The notes under the pieces were generated by a model. The model saw only the letters and a list, made by a program, of their open reading frames with translations, did no database searches and was not told the DNA's origin. This document shows positions 10,101-18,852 of a stretch of DNA of 64,000 bases, one piece after another. The DNA is from an uncultured Bacteroidaceae bacterium (GTDB taxonomy: Bacteria > Bacillota > Clostridia > Christensenellales > CAG-917). The stretch covers positions 9,416 through 73,415 of the forward strand of contig CAZWUI010000005.1 in assembly GCA_964637515.1 (NCBI GenBank). The letters run 5' to 3'. Within the stretch, counting starts at the first letter, position 1. The number at the start of each line of letters is the position of its first letter. A program made the translations under genes and the position numbers.

Positions 10101-13100
10101 GTGCGATAACAATATTATTAGCGCGAGCGCGGGCACGCATAGAGTCACCGTTTCGTCAGTCGGCGTAAAAGCAAATTCCAACTACGCTCTCAACTTCACT
10201 GCGGACGAACTCAATGAGAAGATCTCTTCGCTCATCGTCGAAATCTCTCCCGCCAGAGTCCAACTCGCCGTCGATTACGACAACAACAAGCAGTACGAAG
10301 GCAATACCGATGCCAATAAGATTCTCGACAAAGGCACCGACGTGTCCAACTCCGCCGCAGAATCCGCCGTCACCCTCATCCCCGAAGATGCGATAGGTTT
10401 CGACGAATCCGCTTGGGCAAACGATAGCGCATTCATCGGCTACGTGTTTGCAGACGTGACCTTCAAGTATAGCATCAACGGCGTCGCGGATGCTTCCGTC
10501 GCTTTCGATGCAGACGGCAACGTCATCAAACACAATATCCTTATCAGCGGACTTTCCTTCATCGTTCCCGCCGGCAAGACTTCGGACGACGTCAACGCAG
10601 TCCTTGCAAACTATGAACTCGTCGCATACGACTTCGTGGACGGCAGTTACGTCGCAAACAATAGGGCACTCGTCGCTGAAACCACCATTTCCGACTTCGA
10701 AAATATCGCGGTCGCAACCCTCGATCAAAAAGTCCTTTCCGTCCAAACCGACGGCATCATCATCTCGAATAAGGTTTACGACGGCACCAAGAACGCAAAC
10801 GTCGCTATCAAGGGTACCTACGACGTAACCGGATTCGGTGTTGTTCCCGAAGAAAAAGACTATGTAACTCTCGACGTTTCGGGCGAATTCAGCGATAAGA
10901 ATAGCGGTGAAAATAAGAGCGTCAACGTCAGAATCACCGGCGTCAAGAGCACTTCCACCGAGGTCGATTACGCAAAGAACTACAAGATCCAAAAAGACGT
11001 TTCCGCAGTCGGTCGCGCGACCATATCCAAGGCTCCCGTCGTTGTCAACTTCACCGTCTCCGATAAGGAATACGACGGCACCACTTCAGTTGATAAGACG
11101 TCCTACACCATGTCCGGCCTTATGCCTACCGAAACCGGTAGATACTACGTCAAGAGCTACTTCTCCAAGTACGCAGATAAGAACGTAGCAGTCGATGAGA
11201 GCGGGGCAGTCGTCGCAAAGAACGCATTCGTCTACGGCGTGGCTCTCAGTTGTAACACCGAAAACGTCATCAACTACTATCCCGTCATATCGTCTTCCGT
11301 CGAAATCGCAGGCAAGACCGCTGTCGCATCCGATGCGCTCGGCTCTGTCCTTACCGACACCGATGCGGACGGCAATGCAATCTACTACTACAATCTCGAT
11401 ACCGTCAACGTGTACAATATCACCAAGGCGGAATACGATAGTCTCTCCGTCAAGCCCGAAGTCCTCGGCTCGTACACGAAGTCCTATACGAAGTACTATA
11501 TCGTCGACGCTTCTTCCGCAATTGCAGGCAAGACCGTCGAATCCGTCGCGTACGTCGATAACGCAAAGGGTACTATCAATCCCAAGAACATCAAGGTTTC
11601 CGTCGTCGCAACTCCCGAAAGCACCGCTTTCTCCAAAGAGTACGATGCAACCAACAAGTTCTACGGCAATGACTCCGACTACTCCATCGGCAATAGCGGA
11701 TTTATGGCGGACGATGCGGATTATATCGCACTCAACGTCGGATCCGACGACGTGACTATCGCATACAAAACGTCTTCCGTCGGCAGCACTTCCGTCGTGT
11801 TCACCTTCACCGGTAACGCACTCAAAGCAAAAGAAGGTGTCGCCGCAGAATATGCAAACGTCTACAGAAACTACACGACCGTCGGTTCGACCGCTTCTAT
11901 CGTCGCGGAAATCAAACCTCGCGTCATCACCGCTCAACTCGATGCTGTCAAGTCCACCTACGGCAAGGCGCCTAACTTCGATGGCAAACTCGGCTACAAG
12001 GCAGGGGAAGGCGAAGTCATTGTTTCGAGCAACTACGGTTATATGACCGTCGCGGATTACCAAGTCGCATTCGCAGAACGCTACGCAGAACTCGGCGAAG
12101 GTATCAGTGCATACCGTTATAACCTTGTGGACGGTGCGTTCGTGCAAGCAAACGACGGCGCATACGTGCGTATGGACGGTACGTTCGTCGAACCTTCCGT
12201 CGACGTCAACGGCAAACTCGTCGCAACCTATCCCGTCGGCACCTATCCCGCAACCATAAGCGGCGGTTCTTCCACCAACTACACCTTCAAGTTTGCATAC
12301 ACCAAGTTCGACGCGGACGGCAATATCGTTGCGGATACCACGCTCACGAGCAGTGAAATCGTGGTCGAAAAGGCAATCCTCAAAGTCCACGCCGCAACCG
12401 TTGAAGAAGGTTATAGCTATAGCAAACTCTACAAGGAAGGCGGTTTGCCTGAAATCAAACTCACCTACACCGGTCTTGTCAACGGCGACAATCTTTCCGC
12501 AGTCTTGACCGCTCCCGTCGCATCCTTCAAATATTACGACGGCAGTGCTTGGAGTGATATTGATGAAAACGTCAAACCCGTTTCCTCTCTCGACGGCGGC
12601 TACTATGCGGTCTATATCGAAACCTCTTCCGCTCTCGCAAACAACTACGTCATCGTTTGGGATGCGGATAAGGTGGCAAAACTCAACGTCACCATCGCTC
12701 CTATCTCCGGCGTCAGAATGTCCAATACCTCCGTTGTCTACGACGGCAACTCCAAGTCGGACAAGATGAGCGTGAAGGGTAGCGTGAGCGGTATCGACGT
12801 GGTCTACTCCTACTACAAGAACGGCGTGGTCGCTCCCGAAAATCTCGTGAACGGTGCGGATCTCATCAACGTCGGCTCTTACTTAGTCGTCGCAAATCTC
12901 ACCAGAGTCATCGACGATGAATTCAGCAGCACTGCGGAACTCAGATCCACGTTGACCATCACCAAGGCGGATATCTCTCTCGGCTATACGCCTTATAGTC
13001 TTGACTATTATGATTACGACCACTTCGACGACGTCAAGAGCGCAATCCAAAAATCTATCGCAGGCGTTGCGGCAAACGATTTGGCGGCAGTCAAGAAAGC

Positions 13101-14700
13101 AGTCAAGATCTCCGTGGATGGCAGAGAAATCATCAATGCAGGCACCTATAAAGTGGCAGTCAAGTTCACTTCTCCCGAAAATCCGACGTCTGCATCCAAT
13201 ATCCAAATCGCAAACTACAACAGCTTTGAAAAGACCTACACGATCACCGTTCTTCCCGCGGAAATCGTCGTTACCGTGCTTGAAAGCAGTAAACAACAAA
13301 AGACGACTTACGACGAAGACGGCAATGCAACCAATAAAGGTATTGTGTTCAAGTACGAATTCTCGCCCAAGTCCGCAAGCCACGGTCTGTCCGATAGCGA
13401 CATCGATGAAACCTACTTCATGATTCAATACAAGAGCATGTCCAAAGAAGGCGTCATCCAAGAAATCGCAGCCGCTCCCGGACGTTACAGCTACACGATT
13501 AGCTACTGCACCGACGAATCGTCTGTCGTCAAAGAGGAAAGCGACGGTTATATCTCTATCTGCGGAATCGGCGAAGATGAAGAATACTACTACGGCGATG
13601 AAGACTCCAACTACAAGGTCATCGGTTTCACGACGGGCGACTTTGAACTCACGACTGATGAACTCAAATATTCGTCGCTTGCAACCATCAAGTTCAACGA
13701 TAAGCAAATCTCCGATTCGACAATTCAACTCATCGTCAACTACGTCGATGAATCTTCGGAGGCAGATCCCACTAATAATGCGATCTATCAATACGACGTC
13801 GACTTGTTCTATGATGCATACGACACCTTGGTGCCTTATATCGATTCCTATGGCTACAAGTCTTCGATCTATCAATTGTCGCATATCAGAATCATTACCG
13901 GCTCCGGCGAATCGATCAGCGACGTCAACCACGGTAGCACCGATATGACTATCACAGTCAACACCTACTTGGATAACCTCAACAACTATAAACTCATCAT
14001 GGTTTATAACGACGGTAGCTTCAAGGAAATCACCGACTATACTTCCGAAATCAAAGTTGAAGACATCGGCGGAGTAGAGTACGAAAACACATACGTAACC
14101 TTCAACACCGACAAACTCGGTTGGTTGGTCTACGTCAACGCAGTCCCCGTCAAAGTCGACGTGACTACAACGGAAATTCCTATGTGGGTTTGGATAGCAG
14201 TCGGTTGCGGTGCGGCGGCAATCATCGCACTTGCACTCGGCCTTGGAATCGGCTTGTCCAAGAAGAAGAAAAAAGCGGCACTCGCAGGCACTGGAATGAC
14301 TATGGACGTCGCAACTCCCGACGCGGCGGAATCCACCCCCGAGCCGACTCCTGAACCCACTCCCGAGCCGAAACCCGAACCCGTAGCGGAACCCACGCCT
14401 GAACCCACTCCCGAACCTGTCGCAGAGCCGACTCCCGAACCCACTCCCGAGCCGACTCCCGAGCCTGCACCTGTGAGGGTCAGACCTGCAAAACCCACTC
14501 ACGTTGGCAAGAAGAAACCTCCTGTCATCGGTGTTAAAGAAGGCGCGGATGTCAACGCAAGATCGATTTCCGCACCCGAAATCGCGACACCCGGAACGGC
14601 AGAGCCCGCTCCCGAAGTCGCACCCGAAGCGGCGGCGGACACAGGCAAAGTGCCTCCCGTTGTGGGCAAGAAACCTCCCGTAGTCGGAAAGAAAGACTAA
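4165..14700 (+). CDS. Giant (3511 aa) repeat-rich cell-surface protein with MBG (YGX-type)-like modules, an N-terminal signal/anchor and a C-terminal TM helix plus proline-rich tail
   Basis: Uninterrupted 10.5-kb ORF with a good RBS and N-terminal RQTLSITRLVVLALCFVFVFAFAML. At least 10 modules start K-x-Y-(G/D)-(D/G) (KVYGDADGT, KVYDGTKNA, KEYDGTTSV...) and end NY-x-hydrophobic...I-T/S-P/K-A/R. C-terminal WVWIAVGCGAAAIIALALGLGIGL-SKKKKK. Confidence 0.9.
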   Translation: MRNNTIRQTLSITRLVVLALCFVFVFAFAMLTMTTTENSVMSDVAFAEDSDGNAVSIVVDNELTANSIGFPGNDASKRTWTYRVTTKNTVFSTINTSVYTNSGADTTYNVSTITNGFKIKESEAHSVSAPELFVAVNFAVPDFIRKISGNSNFEITVAVTSTIHRYESNMAFGSDNSGYYVEATDSAMKASAITGKGFTKFQNFKNDNTKTASSNITKGKNNILIGYYDQTGNWGQCDFDVTNLYFDFTVKIAGGASNATFADSATMSIWDGAAPIVTNATATPNRYLENDTWKGDSWNYNVTKAESNPASPFANNAWSKYEYAQDSVSADNAMINLYSYVNTSTDGKTVDSGKTYYKSAELTVNDRYSYDYKGADDKNVLVTVANSNKGFQYFASGIKSVTIGATTYTVATDSGYKEIKKTDDATVYGWFKVDKAADNRAQIKISFYFKENITGLNVSVSDYGDASVSKTINVKGIDNTNPNGTLTVDDMDGYTKEASLFSGWDNLRWYNNSTLSLDLNMNEESPSTDDLEITPYMWFYSVVKVNAPTGTLTSANWSREQLLTKVPFAVGATSSFKYDFTTGYASAVYDTAGNVTTGLDGQSSMSATGVGYYLFTFYCMDMSGRYTTENQISYYVRADYETPTYTLTKSANGNNLANTDWATSELTVTLVQDKASISGNNLSFTDAEDNTRYIAVLNGVIKNIYLDTAVDSTATIATDGKSANFGGGEPGTRIYVTYSVSSTGVATWTIVFGRDHSAQDTSGYTYFDFSYYTTFEIMVGDDPENETPVKYVATGNTMQTDGVTHRQWQVLVGKKYVNGVYILVDRNKPHAPTLDQESEDKDYSEIDQIYTPSIPDATDRKWFTSGWSLDAFYAFEDSLLAQYGDGIKVYYAMKNIQNINDFDAAGEKLSISAFLSAFGSGAIDPADYNFDAVYETLGTKLNSINEIKLNFNSALGAGMRVYYFWAVDQAGNVSDLVGYTFFVDANDYKVVGSVDKDSIFADLNVASVLEGGKSTVYKRGDIITLNFALEDGYVAYKLDYKFGNGAEDIKNKWTTDDPLSPSQSYADPNGSISLDGLEFNLLLENTDLGNLGNIPSNNGNIELIFRYRRLVTVTVTGTNVSYAGAPTEIPMTVFPEIAKSQIVYDWKQNTGAVDTFNEPIYTDLESAPSNVGEYSVAMSIDNDNYVTQTVRIPAYNILKKDVTIKINSSVGEYGDNQNIGYVVDGLVGADLAAWDPATYTFTGSELFLPTASNWLKVDGILVADGSGFGNLNVGNYAITFSTDVTADLGDNYNVSYVTATHIVTQKAITVIVKAGQGKVYGDADGTILVGVDKTTLPTGKLIGDIFNGAQESSTVGNIVYFYVDGTQLISREFGENVGEYNYSTSTAYFDVNSNYSITVDASGVKYEITQRSVSVTPVAGQSFIKNETNSYDVAYTLAANDQRFAEYLTASWSLGVAGASSPVLGYTETSYTLVGSFSSSSANVKFVIAAGDHAIIIREIIASATNVVVTVTRVTPYVLTYGDNTYFSNVTITADSTDYSIALSDGSTLPEGYSLKWTAHLTSLNVGLRSVIIEEGSASVLDNNGADTDYILLVDSYYITINPATITVYPSATNNSKVYGDLDSVYGIGFSVAEGQESLASKVSGSFVRVAYHADGSFYRFGERYDNVSNADGSITYNGQDFYYGYAISSEFVSSDSNYVVVVDETALAEARLVITPATIDYSQITPAFFGVDRAMNNSTELPEFSVDQKKAMLAIYSQLKRNTDDVYINFTANYVNVDTHEPDASIGEKHVLFAAFALAGGAAGNYTLVGAPESYVLTQICYIKDEPIELTKLNFTLTKVYDGSPEFSANNVLISVSLGDNMQLMSSIIFPSANVTSNYATDVVLLFPGLRASDINIDVKEEGIEIAFTDEGMVLTVRNLSGSITPKQIDIDDVIEYSVADRRYNGSSLVDLGLVFLNSVYATGDSFANVGLELLAHACDNNIISASAGTHRVTVSSVGVKANSNYALNFTADELNEKISSLIVEISPARVQLAVDYDNNKQYEGNTDANKILDKGTDVSNSAAESAVTLIPEDAIGFDESAWANDSAFIGYVFADVTFKYSINGVADASVAFDADGNVIKHNILISGLSFIVPAGKTSDDVNAVLANYELVAYDFVDGSYVANNRALVAETTISDFENIAVATLDQKVLSVQTDGIIISNKVYDGTKNANVAIKGTYDVTGFGVVPEEKDYVTLDVSGEFSDKNSGENKSVNVRITGVKSTSTEVDYAKNYKIQKDVSAVGRATISKAPVVVNFTVSDKEYDGTTSVDKTSYTMSGLMPTETGRYYVKSYFSKYADKNVAVDESGAVVAKNAFVYGVALSCNTENVINYYPVISSSVEIAGKTAVASDALGSVLTDTDADGNAIYYYNLDTVNVYNITKAEYDSLSVKPEVLGSYTKSYTKYYIVDASSAIAGKTVESVAYVDNAKGTINPKNIKVSVVATPESTAFSKEYDATNKFYGNDSDYSIGNSGFMADDADYIALNVGSDDVTIAYKTSSVGSTSVVFTFTGNALKAKEGVAAEYANVYRNYTTVGSTASIVAEIKPRVITAQLDAVKSTYGKAPNFDGKLGYKAGEGEVIVSSNYGYMTVADYQVAFAERYAELGEGISAYRYNLVDGAFVQANDGAYVRMDGTFVEPSVDVNGKLVATYPVGTYPATISGGSSTNYTFKFAYTKFDADGNIVADTTLTSSEIVVEKAILKVHAATVEEGYSYSKLYKEGGLPEIKLTYTGLVNGDNLSAVLTAPVASFKYYDGSAWSDIDENVKPVSSLDGGYYAVYIETSSALANNYVIVWDADKVAKLNVTIAPISGVRMSNTSVVYDGNSKSDKMSVKGSVSGIDVVYSYYKNGVVAPENLVNGADLINVGSYLVVANLTRVIDDEFSSTAELRSTLTITKADISLGYTPYSLDYYDYDHFDDVKSAIQKSIAGVAANDLAAVKKAVKISVDGREIINAGTYKVAVKFTSPENPTSASNIQIANYNSFEKTYTITVLPAEIVVTVLESSKQQKTTYDEDGNATNKGIVFKYEFSPKSASHGLSDSDIDETYFMIQYKSMSKEGVIQEIAAAPGRYSYTISYCTDESSVVKEESDGYISICGIGEDEEYYYGDEDSNYKVIGFTTGDFELTTDELKYSSLATIKFNDKQISDSTIQLIVNYVDESSEADPTNNAIYQYDVDLFYDAYDTLVPYIDSYGYKSSIYQLSHIRIITGSGESISDVNHGSTDMTITVNTYLDNLNNYKLIMVYNDGSFKEITDYTSEIKVEDIGGVEYENTYVTFNTDKLGWLVYVNAVPVKVDVTTTEIPMWVWIAVGCGAAAIIALALGLGIGLSKKKKKAALAGTGMTMDVATPDAAESTPEPTPEPTPEPKPEPVAEPTPEPTPEPVAEPTPEPTPEPTPEPAPVRVRPAKPTHVGKKKPPVIGVKEGADVNARSISAPEIATPGTAEPAPEVAPEAAADTGKVPPVVGKKPPVVGKKD
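14335..14472 (+). repeat. Coding tandem repeat with 12-nt period: eleven TPEP/KPEP/VAEP units plus AP
   Basis: Translates as TPEPTPEPTPEPKPEPVAEPTPEPTPEPVAEPTPEPTPEPTPEPAP. Lies inside the giant ORF, downstream of its TM helix. Confidence 0.9.
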
Positions 14701-14710
14701 CAAAAAAACA

Positions 14711-14740
14711 AAAACGCAAGGAAAATCCTTGCGTTTTTTG
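14711..14740. terminator. Intrinsic terminator after the giant gene (A-tract/T-tract flanked, potentially bidirectional)
   Basis: Hairpin CGCAAGG-AAAAT-CCTTGCG, followed by T6 and preceded by an A-run. Begins 11 nt after the stop codon. Confidence 0.8.
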
Positions 14741-14858
14741 TTTGGAAGTAATTACAAAAAAGCGACGGATAAATAGGTTTTGGCATAAATTAAACCGATT
14801 TCATATTGGTTTAATGTTAAACTAATATTATACGGGCGGCAAGCAAAAAAATTTTTTC

Positions 14859-14887
14859 TTTACAATTGAACTGGTAAGGAATATAAT
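14859..14887 (+). promoter_or_regulatory. Sigma-70-type promoter upstream of rpiB and the ntp operon
   Basis: TTTACA (14859-14864), a 17-nt spacer, then TATAAT (14882-14887). RBS AGGGAG lies before ATG 14917. Confidence 0.6.
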
Positions 14888-14916
14888 TTATATATCAAAA
14901 TAAGGGAGTTATTATT

Positions 14917-15369
14917 ATGAAAAAAATTGCAATCGGATGTGACCACGGCGGTATCGTTCTCAAAGAAAGCGTTGTGAATACGCTTCAATCTCTCGGCGCA
15001 GAAGTCGTCGACCTTGGCACTTACAACACGGATTCCGTGGATTATCCCACCTACGGTTTGAAAGTTGCAGAGGCAGTGGCAAGCGGAGAATGCGATGCAG
15101 GCGTGCTTATGTGCGGTACGGGTATCGGCATTTCCATATCCGCAAACAAAGTCCCCGGCATCAGAGCGGCAGTCGTGACGAATACCTATATGGCGCAACT
15201 CACCAAAAATCACAACAACGCAAATATCATCGCACTCGGAGGCAGAGTCATCACCCCCGAAGAAGCGAAAGACATAGTCACCGCTTGGTACACCGCAGAG
15301 TACGAGGGCGGAAGACATCAACGTCGTCTTGATATGATCACCGATATCGAGAAGAAGTACAATAAGTAA
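14917..15369 (+). CDS. rpiB: Ribose-5-phosphate isomerase B (RpiB/LacAB family)
   Basis: 150 aa with IGCDHGG and CGTGIGISISANKVPGIRAA motifs. Confidence 0.9.
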   Translation: MKKIAIGCDHGGIVLKESVVNTLQSLGAEVVDLGTYNTDSVDYPTYGLKVAEAVASGECDAGVLMCGTGIGISISANKVPGIRAAVVTNTYMAQLTKNHNNANIIALGGRVITPEEAKDIVTAWYTAEYEGGRHQRRLDMITDIEKKYNK

Positions 15370-15370
15370 G

Positions 15371-15694
15371 ATGATCGAAGAAGTTCTCAAAGAGATCAAA
15401 TCCGCAGAAGAAACGGCGTCCGAAATGCAATCAAAAGCGTTTCAAGAGGGCAAGCAAATCGTCCTTGACGCCGAATTGAAAGCGGAAAAAGAAAGAAAAG
15501 AAACCGTTTTGCAATGCAAAGCGGATTTTAGACGTGCTATTGCCGAAGCGGAAGAAACCGCAAACGCAAGGCGCACGAAAATCATTGAAAACGGAGAGAT
15601 TTCCGCAAAAGAATACGTCGAAAGCAAGAGTGCGAAAATCGACGAAAAGGCGGATGAACTCGTAGGTGTTTTGCTGGATAAGTATATCAAATGA
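15371..15694 (+). CDS. ntpF: V-type ATPase small peripheral-stalk subunit (NtpF / subunit G-H-like coiled coil)
   Basis: 107-aa charged helical protein. First gene of an operon whose order matches E. hirae ntpFIKECGABD. Confidence 0.6.
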   Translation: MIEEVLKEIKSAEETASEMQSKAFQEGKQIVLDAELKAEKERKETVLQCKADFRRAIAEAEETANARRTKIIENGEISAKEYVESKSAKIDEKADELVGVLLDKYIK

Positions 15695-17751
15695 TTGTTG
15701 AAATGAAAAAACTGGTGCTCATCGGGCATCGGTCGGACAGATTCAATCTTTTCAAGGCGCTGCACCAGAGCAAGTTGGTGGAAATCGTCGCGACTGAAGA
15801 TTTGGAAAACACTTCACGTCTTGACAATTCGCGCACGAAGGAGGAGATAGAGGGAAAAACGTTCCGCATATCGTCCGCCTTTGATTTCTTGCGCGCTCAA
15901 AAGAAACTTGCAGAGAAAGCGCAAAAGGATAGCAAAAATTCAGAAAATCCCTACGTTTACACTCCCGTAAAAGAGCCTCCTTTCACGTCTATCGCAAGAA
16001 TGGACTATGAAGATTTCGCAATGATAAGTGCGGAAGAATATGAACTTCTTTGCGACGTGGAAGAACTTGAAACCATAAAAAACACCCGTCAGGAACTTGA
16101 CTCCGAAAAGCAAAAAATACTTGCGGAAAACGAAGCGCTTGCCGTCTATGAAAACCTTGAAACATCGTTTTCATCTTTTGTCGGAAGCAAAAACGTGCAA
16201 GTGGTCGTCGGCTCGGTCATCGGCTCAAAGGCGGATATAGTGCGCAGTGCGAACGATATAGACGGCGTGTACGTCGAAACTTTCATCGGTCAAAAAGCGA
16301 CTGCGTTCGTCGCGGTCTGCCTGAACGAAAAGGAAAGCGAATTGAGCGCGGTTTTGCAATCTGCGGACTACGCGAAGTGTCCGTTCTCGTTTGACGTCAC
16401 CGCTCGCGAAAAAATCTCTCAAAATAACGCGCGTATAGATAGTATCGAAAAAGAGAAGTTTGATTTGATGGTGCGCGCTCTCGAAAAAGAAAAGGTCGTC
16501 AGAAAACTCAAAACTCTTTACGACTACTATCTCGTCGAAAAAGCGAAACTCGACGCTCTCGACGGATTTGCAACGACGGATCGCTCCTTCGTCCTCGAAG
16601 GTTGGTATCCTAAAGATAAAGAAAACGACCTGAAAAAAATTCTCGACAAAGTTTCGGATAGATTGGTCTATGAATTCCGCGAGCCCGAAGACGGGGAAAT
16701 CGTGCCTACTCTCGTGCGCTCGAACAAAATCGTCGAGCCTTACGAGGACATTACGAATATGTTCTCCGTGCCAAAGTACGGCGAGGATATAGACCCGAAT
16801 CCGATAATGACGTTCTTCTATTTCCTATTCTTTGGAATAATGGTCGCGGATGCGGTGTACGGTGTGATATTTGCCGTTGCCGGTTTCGTGCTTTACAAAA
16901 TTTCAAAACCCGTCCCGGGCAAGGGCAGACTTATGCTCATCATCGCTATGGGCGGAGTGAGTACCGCTATATGGGGTATGTTGTTCGGAAGTTATCTAGG
17001 CTTCCCGACACCCGATATGAACGTGTCTTACGCACTGCTATTCAATCCCCTTGACGAACCGCTAAAAATGCTCGTTATGTGCTTTGCGCTCGGATTTGTG
17101 CAGATAATCGTGGGTATGTTCGTCAATGCGCTCAATCTCATCAGACATAAAGACTATCTTGCGGTGGTGTCGGACGTGTTGTCTTGGTACTTCATATTTG
17201 CGGCGATAGGGTGTCTTGCGGTGGGACTTCTCATCGAAAACGCACCGTCTTTCTTGAAATATGTCGCAATAGCACTGGCGGTCGTCGGCGTGATTTTGAT
17301 ACTTGTAGGCGGCGTCAAGAGCAAGAAAGGTCCGATAAAGGGCATGATTGGCAGAGTCGGCAAACTCTACGACATAGTCAACGTGCTATCCGACGTGTTG
17401 AGCTACTCTCGACTTTTCGGACTTGCGTTGTCGGGCGGTGTTGTTGCAATGGTCGTCAACATGATTTGTTCGATAGTGGCGGGATTCTTCCCTGCGGATA
17501 TACAATTCGTCGGCTATATCATTTGCATACCCGTATATATCATCGGGCATACGTTCAACATTGCGATTTCGGCACTGGGTGCGTACGTGCATAACTGCCG
17601 TTTGCAATACATCGAATTTTTCGGAAAGTTCTATTTGGGCGGCGGACATCAGTTTATTCCGTTCGCAACGAAGACAAAATATACCTATATAGACTCTCAA
17701 AAAGAATACAATTCGCTGACTGACGCGACGGATGTCGCGGTTCGGGCGTAA
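15691..17751 (+). CDS. ntpI: V-type ATPase subunit I (a-subunit, membrane stator)
   Basis: 686 aa with an N-terminal soluble coiled-coil half and a C-terminal polytopic half. The conserved Arg region is LSYSRLFGLALSGG. ATGA overlap with ntpF. Confidence 0.9.
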   Translation: MIVEMKKLVLIGHRSDRFNLFKALHQSKLVEIVATEDLENTSRLDNSRTKEEIEGKTFRISSAFDFLRAQKKLAEKAQKDSKNSENPYVYTPVKEPPFTSIARMDYEDFAMISAEEYELLCDVEELETIKNTRQELDSEKQKILAENEALAVYENLETSFSSFVGSKNVQVVVGSVIGSKADIVRSANDIDGVYVETFIGQKATAFVAVCLNEKESELSAVLQSADYAKCPFSFDVTAREKISQNNARIDSIEKEKFDLMVRALEKEKVVRKLKTLYDYYLVEKAKLDALDGFATTDRSFVLEGWYPKDKENDLKKILDKVSDRLVYEFREPEDGEIVPTLVRSNKIVEPYEDITNMFSVPKYGEDIDPNPIMTFFYFLFFGIMVADAVYGVIFAVAGFVLYKISKPVPGKGRLMLIIAMGGVSTAIWGMLFGSYLGFPTPDMNVSYALLFNPLDEPLKMLVMCFALGFVQIIVGMFVNALNLIRHKDYLAVVSDVLSWYFIFAAIGCLAVGLLIENAPSFLKYVAIALAVVGVILILVGGVKSKKGPIKGMIGRVGKLYDIVNVLSDVLSYSRLFGLALSGGVVAMVVNMICSIVAGFFPADIQFVGYIICIPVYIIGHTFNIAISALGAYVHNCRLQYIEFFGKFYLGGGHQFIPFATKTKYTYIDSQKEYNSLTDATDVAVRA

Positions 17752-17778
17752 AAAATGCACGGTTTGTGCAGGAGGTAA

Positions 17779-18264
<486 letters not shown>

Positions 18265-18276
18265 TAAGAGGACAAA

Positions 18277-18852
18277 ATGAGCAAAGAAGCAATCATCGAA
18301 AAGATTATTTCGGATGCGGAAGTGCGCGCAAGCGCGGTGCTTGAAGAAGCCCGCATAAAAGCGGACGAAATCATCGCTACCGCCGCAAGTGAATGCAAAG
18401 AGTATCTTGCGAAGAATAAGCACGAAATCGACGTTGCGGTTGCAGAAATCGCAAAGAGGAGCGAAACCGTTGCCGAACTCGACGCAAGAAAACTCGGTCT
18501 GGGTGCAAAATCACAAGCACTCGATTTGACCTATGCTCGCGTGCTTGAGAAACTGAATAATCTCGACAAAAAAACCTTGAAAGCACTTCTTCTCGGTATG
18601 CTCGACAAGGCGGAAGACGGCGACGTCGTGATTATATCCGAAAACGAAAAGGGTATAGTGACCGAAAAAGTCGTCGCCGACGTCGCAAAGAAAAAGGGTA
18701 TAACCCTGACTTTGTCAAAAACGTTCGGGGATTTCGACGGCGGTATGGTGCTTGCAGGCGCAGGCGTGGATAAAAATCTGACTTTTGAAGCGGAGCTCGA
18801 CGTGTTGAGAGAGGATACCGAAGGAAAAGTCGCGAAGGAGTTGTTCGACTGA
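18277..18852 (+). CDS. ntpE: V-type ATPase subunit E
   Basis: 191 aa with an N-terminal long charged helix and a C-terminal globular domain. Assigned by operon position. Confidence 0.8.
   Translation: MSKEAIIEKIISDAEVRASAVLEEARIKADEIIATAASECKEYLAKNKHEIDVAVAEIAKRSETVAELDARKLGLGAKSQALDLTYARVLEKLNNLDKKTLKALLLGMLDKAEDGDVVIISENEKGIVTEKVVADVAKKKGITLTLSKTFGDFDGGMVLAGAGVDKNLTFEAELDVLREDTEGKVAKELFD

Noticed and set aside
14335-14472. Short-period tandem DNA repeat that might be mistaken for a CRISPR or VNTR locus.
   Set aside because: It has a 12-nt period, no spacers, and is in-frame inside the giant ORF encoding TPEP units. It is a coding low-complexity repeat.
14100-14700. Looked for an LPXTG/sortase sorting signal at the end of the giant protein.
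   Set aside because: No LPXTG-like pentapeptide precedes the TM helix, and the helix is followed by about 140 further residues. It is not a canonical cell-wall sorting signal.
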